32,000 nucleotides of DNA from Phycisphaera mikurensis NBRC 102666 (GTDB taxonomy: Bacteria; Planctomycetota; Phycisphaerae; Phycisphaerales; Phycisphaeraceae): positions 1,890,001-1,922,000 of the forward strand of contig NC_017080.1 of assembly GCF_000284115.1 (NCBI RefSeq). Direction: 5' to 3'. Made by a program: the position numbers and the translations under genes. The notes beneath the pieces were generated by a model, which saw nothing but the letters and a program-made list of their open reading frames with translations, ran no database searches and was not told the origin of the DNA. This document shows positions 26,077-32,000 of this stretch, in pieces; position 1 is the stretch's first letter, and the number at the start of each line of letters is the position of its first letter.

Positions 26077-27090
26077 GTGACGCTCAAGGACATCGCGTTG
26101 CGGGCCGGTGTCAGCCAGGCGACGGTCTCGATCGCGCTCGGCAGCAGCGGGCGCATCTCCGGGGCCACGCGGGAGCGGATCCTCTCGATCGCCAGCGAGC
26201 TCGGCTACCGGCGGAACCTGCTCGTGCACGGCATGCAGACCGGCCGAACGAAGTCGATCGGGCTGCTGATGAGCTTCTGCGGCCGCTTCGAAGCCGGGCT
26301 CTTCGAGGGGATCTCCGGAGCCCTCGATGCGGCGGAGTGCGTGCCCTTCGTGCTGCGGCCCTCGCGGGACGTGCCGGTGCTCGGGCAGATCCACGCCCTG
26401 CTCGACCGCCGGGTCGACGGCATCCTCATGCGGCCGACCGGGGAGGCCCGCTGGGAGCGGCACCTGCACGAGGCGCTCGACCGGCACGTGCCCGTGGTGT
26501 CGATCGACGTGGAGACGCAGGCGGACGCGCCGCAGGTCGACTTCGTCGGCACCGACGACGCGGCGGGTGCCGCGATCGCCGCGGAGACGCTGTTCGGAGC
26601 GGGCCACCGGCGGCTGGCCTGCATCAGCACCGGCGACTTCCCGACGCCGATGTTCATCCGGCGGAAGGCCTTCGAGGCGGCGGTGGAGAAGGAGAAGAAC
26701 GCGACGTGCCACGCGGTCCACCAGCCCTGGGAGGACGGCATCGACGGCTACGCGGCGGCGAACGAGGTGTTCTCGCAGTCGCCGCGGCCGACCGCCGTCT
26801 TCGTGACGATGGACGCGCTCGCCCGCGGCGTGTACCGGGCGGCGGCGGAGCGTCGCCTGCGGATCCCGGAGGACGTCTCGGTGATCGGCTTCGCCGACGA
26901 GCTCATCGCCGGGCTGCTGCAGCCGCCGCTGACGACGCTCAAGCAACGCCCCGTGGACATCGGCCGGATCGGGGCGGAGCGGCTGCTCGCCCGGATCGAC
27001 GAGGCGGACGCGCACGGCGAGCGGAGGCGGGTGCTGATCCAGCCGGAGCTCGTGGAGCGGGCTTCGCTCGGCCAGCCGCCGAAGCTCTGA
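26077..27090 (+). CDS. LacI-family transcriptional regulator
   Basis: (M)TLKDIALRAGVSQATVSIALGSSGRISGATRERILSIASELGYRRN is the HTH, followed by a periplasmic-binding-fold sugar-sensing core. GTG 26077 gives the canonical 337 aa. Alternative in-frame starts: GTG 26071, GTG 26065 and ATG 25990. Confidence 0.9.
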   Translation: MTLKDIALRAGVSQATVSIALGSSGRISGATRERILSIASELGYRRNLLVHGMQTGRTKSIGLLMSFCGRFEAGLFEGISGALDAAECVPFVLRPSRDVPVLGQIHALLDRRVDGILMRPTGEARWERHLHEALDRHVPVVSIDVETQADAPQVDFVGTDDAAGAAIAAETLFGAGHRRLACISTGDFPTPMFIRRKAFEAAVEKEKNATCHAVHQPWEDGIDGYAAANEVFSQSPRPTAVFVTMDALARGVYRAAAERRLRIPEDVSVIGFADELIAGLLQPPLTTLKQRPVDIGRIGAERLLARIDEADAHGERRRVLIQPELVERASLGQPPKL

Positions 27091-27165
27091 GCCGAGGCCG
27101 CTGTGGAACGGGGATCCGCAGGCCTCCCGGCGCCGGGTGCTCGCCGGGTTCCGGGACCGGCCGCG

Positions 27166-29667
27166 CTACAGCGCGTTGTCGACGGCGCCCGCGACGGAGC
27201 GGCCGCACGCGTCGGCCCCGGCCTCGGCGGGCGGGAGGCGGCGCGGGACCGGCGCGGGGGTCGTTCGGACGACCAGCTCGGCTGGCTCGAGGTTCGGCGC
27301 GGTGGCGGTGATCCGCACCGTCCCGGCGGTGTCGCCGGCGCCGACCAGCAGCTGCGCGAGCCCGTGGAACAGACGCCGGGTCGACGCGCGGTCGGGTTCG
27401 TGGCTGCACGGGTCGCCGTTGCCCACGCCGAGGATCCGGGCATCGCCCTCGACCCCGAACGCGACCTCGGCGTCGGCGGTGGGCACGCGCCGGCCCTGCG
27501 CGTCGAGGGCGCCGACGGTGACCGGGAGGACGTCGCCGCCGTCCGCGGCGAGGGCGGATCGGTCGGCCTCGAGGAAGAGCGCCGCCGCCGGGCCGGTCGT
27601 CTCGATCGCCGCGGTTGCGACCTCGTCTCCCGCCGCGTCGAAGGCGCTGGCCTCGAGCCGGCCCGCCGCGTACGGCACGCTCCACGCGGCGTGGCCGTTG
27701 CGCGGGACCTCCCGCCGCCCCAGCGAGACGCCGTCGAGGCGGAGCTCGACGCTCGCGGCGTTCGCGTAGCACCAAACGTCGATCGGCTGGCCGTCCGACC
27801 CCGGCCAGTTCCAGTGCGGGAAGAGGTGGATCGCCGGCTCGTCGCTCCACCAGACGCGGTGGTAGTGGAAGGCGTCCTTGGCGAAGCCGCAGAGGTCCAT
27901 CAGGCCGTAGCCGGTGACGACCGCGGGCCAGCGAGCGGGGTACGTCTCGCCGCGGTAGTCGAAGCCGGTCCACAGGAAGGTGCCGGCGAGGAAGGGCCGG
28001 CCGTCGCAGTCGCTCCAGGCCTCCTCGACGCCGCAGCCCCAGGGCGTGGCAGTCTCGCCGTAGGCGCTGACGAGCCCGCGGCGTCCGGGGTTGTGCCAGC
28101 AGATGGAGTCGTCGAAGGGCACGCCCTCGGGCCGGTCGCCGTGGCGGTACACGCCCCGCCAGGAGGTGGAACCGCCGGCCTCGGTGGCGAGCAGCGGCCA
28201 GTCGGGAAACTCCGCGTGGAAGGCGTCGTACATCTCGCCGCTGACGTCCCCGTGGGACCGGCAGGTGTAGTTGGTGCCGTACACGTCGAGGCGGAAGCCG
28301 GCGGCGTCGTGCGTTTTCGCGATCTCGCCCCAGCCGCAGTTCATCGCGTACGTCACGCTCCGCGTCGGGTCCAGCGCATGACAGAGCTCCTGCATCCGCG
28401 CCAGCTGCGCCATGCCCACCGGCGTGTGCTGCACGTTCATCTCCTCGTTGCCGATGCACCAGGCGAACACGCTCGCGTGGTTGCGGTCGCGCCGGATCAG
28501 CGACTCCAGCTGCCCGAGGTGCTCGGGCGAGGCGCCGACCTGGCGGTGCTCGCTGAGCACGAGGATCCCCAGCTCGTCGCAGAGGTCCAGGAGCGCCGGA
28601 GCCGGCGGGTGGTGGGCGGTGCGGATGGCGTTGCAGCCCATCTCCAGCAGCCGGCCGAGGCGCCAGCGGTCGAGCGCAGCCGGAACCGCGACGCCGACGC
28701 CGGCGTGGTCCTGGTGGTTGCACACGCCGCGGATCTTCAGCGGCTCGCCGTTCAGAAAGAAGCCCCGCTCCGCATCGAAGCGGGTGGAGCGGACGCCGAA
28801 GGCCGTCTCCACCGCGTCGACGCGTTCCCCGCCGACCCGCACCTCGGCCACGAGGCGGTGGAGGGCCGGGTCGGCCGGGCTCCAGCGGCGGGCCGAGCCC
28901 AAGCCGAGCTCGCTCGCGAGGCTCGCGGTCCCGCGGGGGGGCAGCGTCGCGGCGGCCTCGCCGGCCGCGATCTGCACGCCCCCGGGATCCAGCACGAGGA
29001 AGCGGGCGGTCGCCTCGATCGGCTCGGCGGAAGCGTTGGCCACCCGGGCTTCGGCCCGGCAAGCGGCGGGCCCGGCGGCGGCCGCGTCGGGCGCGTCGAC
29101 GCGGGCCCAAACGCCGTCGTGGACCACCGCGACCCGGTGCGTCTTGACCAGGCGGACGGGCCGGTAGATCCCGCCGCCCTCGTACGACCACTGCTCGGGC
29201 TGGCTCGCGTCGACCCGGACCGCCACCGCGTTGGCCGCTCCGAAGCGGCAGGCCTCGGTGACGTCGAGCGCGAAGCCGAGAAAGCCCGACCGCTGGCTGC
29301 CGGCGAAGTGGCCGTTGATCCAGACCTCGCTGTCGCGGTAGATCCCCTCGAAGTGCAGGCGGATCCGGCGGTCGGCATCTTCTTCCTCCAGGCGGAAGGT
29401 CCGGCGGTACCAGCCGACGCCGGCGGGCAGCGAGCCGTGCGTCGGGTCGCTGTTCTCGTCGAAGGAGCCCTCCACGACGAAGTCGTGCGGGAGGTCCAGC
29501 CGCCGCCAGTCGCCGTCGGGGTAGCCGGGCAGCGAGACGCCCAGGTTGCCGGCCTTCATCCACTCCGCGCGGGGGTACCGCTCGGCGTGCACGCCGCCGA
29601 CGTTGCGGATGGCCAGGTCGCCGCGGTGGAAGCGCCAGCCGCGCTGCAGGTCGAAGGTTTCACGCAT
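27166..29667 (-). CDS. Glycoside hydrolase family 2 (beta-galactosidase/beta-glucuronidase-like), no signal peptide
   Basis: MRETFDLQRGWRFHRGD, LPHDFVVEG, GVGWYRRTF, FEGIYRDSEVWINGH, IRTAHHPP and VFAWCIGNEE are GH2 sugar-binding, Ig-like and TIM-barrel motifs. ATG 29667 lies 8 nt inside the upstream gene. Confidence 0.9.
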   Translation of the reverse strand: MRETFDLQRGWRFHRGDLAIRNVGGVHAERYPRAEWMKAGNLGVSLPGYPDGDWRRLDLPHDFVVEGSFDENSDPTHGSLPAGVGWYRRTFRLEEEDADRRIRLHFEGIYRDSEVWINGHFAGSQRSGFLGFALDVTEACRFGAANAVAVRVDASQPEQWSYEGGGIYRPVRLVKTHRVAVVHDGVWARVDAPDAAAAGPAACRAEARVANASAEPIEATARFLVLDPGGVQIAAGEAAATLPPRGTASLASELGLGSARRWSPADPALHRLVAEVRVGGERVDAVETAFGVRSTRFDAERGFFLNGEPLKIRGVCNHQDHAGVGVAVPAALDRWRLGRLLEMGCNAIRTAHHPPAPALLDLCDELGILVLSEHRQVGASPEHLGQLESLIRRDRNHASVFAWCIGNEEMNVQHTPVGMAQLARMQELCHALDPTRSVTYAMNCGWGEIAKTHDAAGFRLDVYGTNYTCRSHGDVSGEMYDAFHAEFPDWPLLATEAGGSTSWRGVYRHGDRPEGVPFDDSICWHNPGRRGLVSAYGETATPWGCGVEEAWSDCDGRPFLAGTFLWTGFDYRGETYPARWPAVVTGYGLMDLCGFAKDAFHYHRVWWSDEPAIHLFPHWNWPGSDGQPIDVWCYANAASVELRLDGVSLGRREVPRNGHAAWSVPYAAGRLEASAFDAAGDEVATAAIETTGPAAALFLEADRSALAADGGDVLPVTVGALDAQGRRVPTADAEVAFGVEGDARILGVGNGDPCSHEPDRASTRRLFHGLAQLLVGAGDTAGTVRITATAPNLEPAELVVRTTPAPVPRRLPPAEAGADACGRSVAGAVDNAL

Positions 29668-30547
29668 GGTCGAGCTCCGGCGGGGCAGAGGCGGCCGGGG
29701 CGGGGTCGAGCCCGTAGAAGCGGCGGGCGGTGCCGCCGAAGATCGCGTCGGGATCCGCGGACCGCGGCAGGATTTCCTCCAAGACGTCGACGGTCCGCGG
29801 GTGCGACGCCGCGAGCAGGCACACCGGCCAGTCGCTGCCGGCCATCAGGCGGTCCGGGCCGAAGCAATCGACGGCGTGGCGCACGGCCGGGGCCAGGTCG
29901 TCGGCCGTCCAGCGGGCATGATCGGCTTCGGTCACCAGGCCCGACAGCTTCGCGTGGAGGCCCTCGCACCGCGCCGCGGCGTCGATGCCGCGTCTCCAGC
30001 CGTCCAGGTCGCCCGAGGCCAGCGGCGGCTTGGCGAGGTGGTCGATCACCATCGGCAGCCCGGGCAGCCGCTCGCACAGCTCCGGCACGAGCGGGAGGTG
30101 CTTGGTGAGGATCAGCAGGTCGAAGCGGAGGCCACGCTCCCGCAGACGCTCCAGCCCGCGGAGCACCGCCGGGCTCAGCAGCCAGCGGTCGTCGGGCTCG
30201 GCCTGGACGACGTGCCGGATGCCCCGGAGCTTCGGGCGCTCCGCGAGCTCGTCGAGCCGATCGTCCAGCGCCTCGGAGGTGAGGTCGACCCAACCGACGA
30301 CGCCGGCGATCCGCGGGTGCGCTTCGGCGAGGTCGAGGTACCAGTCCGTCTCGGCGTCGCTGTGCGTCGCCTGCACGAGCACCGAGCGGGCGAAACCGGC
30401 GGGGCCGTCGCGGCGGGCGAGCTCGGGGGCGAGGCGGGCCGGCCCGAAGTCCTCCGTCAGCGGCTCCATCCCCGGGCTGATCCAGTCCTGCGGGTTGCGG
30501 GCGTGCTCCCAGAAGTGCTGGTGGGCGTCGATGAAGGCTTCGGGCAT
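29660..30547 (-). CDS. Amidohydrolase_2-family metal-dependent hydrolase, sugar-lactonase-like (L-fucono-1,5-lactonase-type)
   Basis: Start set at ATG 30547 (MPEAFIDAHQHFWE...), the HxH motif typical of amidohydrolase-2 lactonases. Also VIDHLAKP and GSDWPV. The upstream 93 aa of track ORF 29660..30826 overlap fucU and are rejected. Confidence 0.85.
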   Translation of the reverse strand: MPEAFIDAHQHFWEHARNPQDWISPGMEPLTEDFGPARLAPELARRDGPAGFARSVLVQATHSDAETDWYLDLAEAHPRIAGVVGWVDLTSEALDDRLDELAERPKLRGIRHVVQAEPDDRWLLSPAVLRGLERLRERGLRFDLLILTKHLPLVPELCERLPGLPMVIDHLAKPPLASGDLDGWRRGIDAAARCEGLHAKLSGLVTEADHARWTADDLAPAVRHAVDCFGPDRLMAGSDWPVCLLAASHPRTVDVLEEILPRSADPDAIFGGTARRFYGLDPAPAASAPPELDHA

Positions 30548-31011
30548 CAGGCGGCTCCGGGGGCGGGCTGCACGACGCCGATCGTGAGCAGGATGTTCGC
30601 GAAGAGCGCCTGCTCGCCGGTGGCGATGACCAGGCAGAGATCCTCGGACATCGCCTCGCGGTTGAAGGCCGGCTTCTGCAAGGCGTCGAAGCCGCCGGTG
30701 AAGCCCGCCCGCTCGGCGAGCACGCGGCGGTAGTGCGCCCAGACCGGCGGGTCGCCGGTCATCGCGTAAGCGCCCTCGCGCTCGGGCTCCATCACCGCCA
30801 CCGCCTCGACGGGCACGGCGTCGCACACCAGCTCCAGGGCCGTGGCCCCGCCGAGCAGGCCCGGCCGGAAGTTCGCCCAGACCGTGGAGGCGGCGGGATT
30901 CCGCCGCGTGCTGTGCGGGTAGTTGCCGTCGGTGATGAGCACGCGGGCGAGGTGCCCGGCGCGGCCGAGGACGCCGAGGATCTCGGGGTGGGTGAGGGAG
31001 GTCTTGAGCAT
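30547..31011 (-). CDS. fucU: RbsD/FucU-family sugar mutarotase
   Basis: MLKTSLTHPEILGVLGRAGHLARVLITDGNYP matches the FucU/RbsD N-terminal GH..x..I.D..(F/Y)P pattern. Its stop shares one base with the next ATG (TGATG). Confidence 0.82.
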   Translation of the reverse strand: MLKTSLTHPEILGVLGRAGHLARVLITDGNYPHSTRRNPAASTVWANFRPGLLGGATALELVCDAVPVEAVAVMEPEREGAYAMTGDPPVWAHYRRVLAERAGFTGGFDALQKPAFNREAMSEDLCLVIATGEQALFANILLTIGVVQPAPGAA

Positions 31012-31039
31012 CGGGAGCCTGGGCCTTGGACCCGTGGAT

Positions 31040-32000
31040 TCAAGCGACTTCGATCATCGCCTTGATGAGGCCGGGCTGCTTCGCGAGCCCCCCGAAGCGG
31101 TCGACCACCCCGGACAGCGGCAGCCGGTGCGTGATCCACGGTGCCGTGTCGATCTCGCCGGCCTCGACCATCGCGATCGTCCGCCGGAAGGCCTCCGGCG
31201 TGGAATTGCGGCTGGCGAACAGCGTCAGCTCGCGCTTGTGGAAGTTCGTGTCGTCGAAGGTGAGATCGCCCCGGAAGAAGCCGATGAAGACGATCCGGCC
31301 GCCGTGCGCCACGAGCTCGAAGCCGGCGGCCATCGAGCCGGCGTGGCCGGTGGCGTCGAAGAGCGCGGTGGGGAGGTCGCCGCCGTTGATCTCGCGGAGC
31401 GCCGCGGCCGCGTCTCTGCCGGCGGGGTTGAGCGTGCGGGCGACCCCCAGCACGTCGCGGCAGAAGGCGAGCCGCTCGTCGCTTAGGTCCATGACGATGA
31501 CGTCCGCGCCGCGGGCGAGGAGGAACTGGATCGCCGTGAGGCCGATCGGCCCCGCACCGACGACCAGCGCCGTCTCGCCCGCCTCCACGCCCCCGCGGTC
31601 GACCGCATGGCACCCGATGGTCAGCGTCTCGATGAGGGCGAGCTGGTCGAAGCTCAGCGACGCCGAGGGGTGCAGGTTCGCCGCGGGCACGACGAAGCGC
31701 TCGCGCATCCCGCCGTCCGCGTGCACGCCCAGCACCGCGATGTTCTCGCACGCGTTGGTCCTCCCGCGGCGGCAGGCGATGCAGCGGCCGCAGGCCATCA
31801 CCGGAGCGACGCAGCAACGGCAGCCTGTGGGCAGATCCACGCCCTCGCCCGCCTCCACCACCTCCACCCCGAGCTCGTGGCCGAGGATCCGCGGGTAGGA
31901 GAAGAAGGGCTGCCGGCCGGTGAAGGCGTGCAGGTCGGTGCCGCACACCCCCAGGCGGTGCACCCGGACGAGGGCTTCGCCCGGGCCGGGCGCGGGGTCG
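31040..32000 (-). CDS. Zinc-dependent MDR-family alcohol/sugar dehydrogenase; partial, with the N-terminus beyond the window end
   Basis: GVCGTDLH, GHELGVEV, the structural-zinc cluster CGRCIACRRGRTNAC and the Rossmann motif VVGAGPIGL. The frame stays open upstream of the track's pseudo-start (..PGEALVRVHRLGVCGTD), so the gene continues past nt 32000. Confidence 0.9.
   Translation of the reverse strand, partial: DPAPGPGEALVRVHRLGVCGTDLHAFTGRQPFFSYPRILGHELGVEVVEAGEGVDLPTGCRCCVAPVMACGRCIACRRGRTNACENIAVLGVHADGGMRERFVVPAANLHPSASLSFDQLALIETLTIGCHAVDRGGVEAGETALVVGAGPIGLTAIQFLLARGADVIVMDLSDERLAFCRDVLGVARTLNPAGRDAAAALREINGGDLPTALFDATGHAGSMAAGFELVAHGGRIVFIGFFRGDLTFDDTNFHKRELTLFASRNSTPEAFRRTIAMVEAGEIDTAPWITHRLPLSGVVDRFGGLAKQPGLIKAMIEVA

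Noticed and set aside
25867-27015. Upstream 383 codons of track ORF 25054..27015
   Set aside because: This part is antisense to the LacI regulator. The DUF1559 protein begins at ATG 25866, with the class-III signal motif about 13 aa from the start as expected.
27091-27165. Possible bidirectional terminator between LacI and GH2 (GAGGCC-21 nt-GGCCTC; CCCGGCGCCGGG palindrome)
   Set aside because: The stems are only 4-6 bp with oversized or absent loops, which is not distinguishable from chance in DNA this GC-rich.
26939-30108. 874-aa minus-strand and 1001-aa plus-strand ORFs over the GH2/lactonase region
   Set aside because: These are out-of-frame or antisense shadows. The GH2 and amidohydrolase frames carry the family motifs.
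31021-31060. tRNA T-arm-like string GGATTCAAGCG
   Set aside because: It contains the ADH stop codon, and there is no acceptor or anticodon stem complementarity around it. No other GGTTCGA/GGTTCAA-type T-loops occur outside coding frames.

Overview
High-GC (roughly 70%+) bacterial chromosomal segment with PVC-superphylum/Planctomycetota hallmarks: two DUF1559-type prepilin-like proteins, a PEP-CTERM anchor and a PVC-type small basic protein. A Phycisphaerae-like origin is an inference only. I support 24 CDS. On the minus strand, nt 14999 down to 2372 is one co-directional run: rpsF-ssb-rplI-gatC-gatA, a membrane-anchored family-5 SBP, kdsA, then a DUF4175-like low-complexity membrane protein translationally coupled to a large BatA-N/2xVWA protein. 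On the plus strand, 15168-19920 carries acpS, a coupled unknown membrane protein, a small basic protein, a class-I aminotransferase and bioB. Next come a secreted clan GH-A-like hydrolase with PEP-CTERM, then cysS and infC. The right end is a carbohydrate locus: a DUF1559 gene divergent from a LacI regulator, convergent with a tightly overlapping Zn-ADH/FucU/amidohydrolase-lactonase/GH2 operon. The left end is a partial M14 carboxypeptidase that is absent from the ORF track, plus a second DUF1559 gene. I saw no rRNA, tRNA, CRISPR, transposase, integrase or recognisable defence genes, so most of the window is housekeeping. Many very long ORFs in the track are out-of-frame or antisense shadows typical of high-GC DNA. 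I found no convincing new multi-gene system. The items most worth a second look are an 8-nt tandem array with inverted partial copies in the bioB leader, and a palindromic operator-like site shared by the LacI and DUF1559 promoters. Others are the MDR-type sugar-oxidation operon, the DUF4175-like/VWA pair, an r-protein cluster lacking rpsR, and several unusually long perfect GC hairpins.
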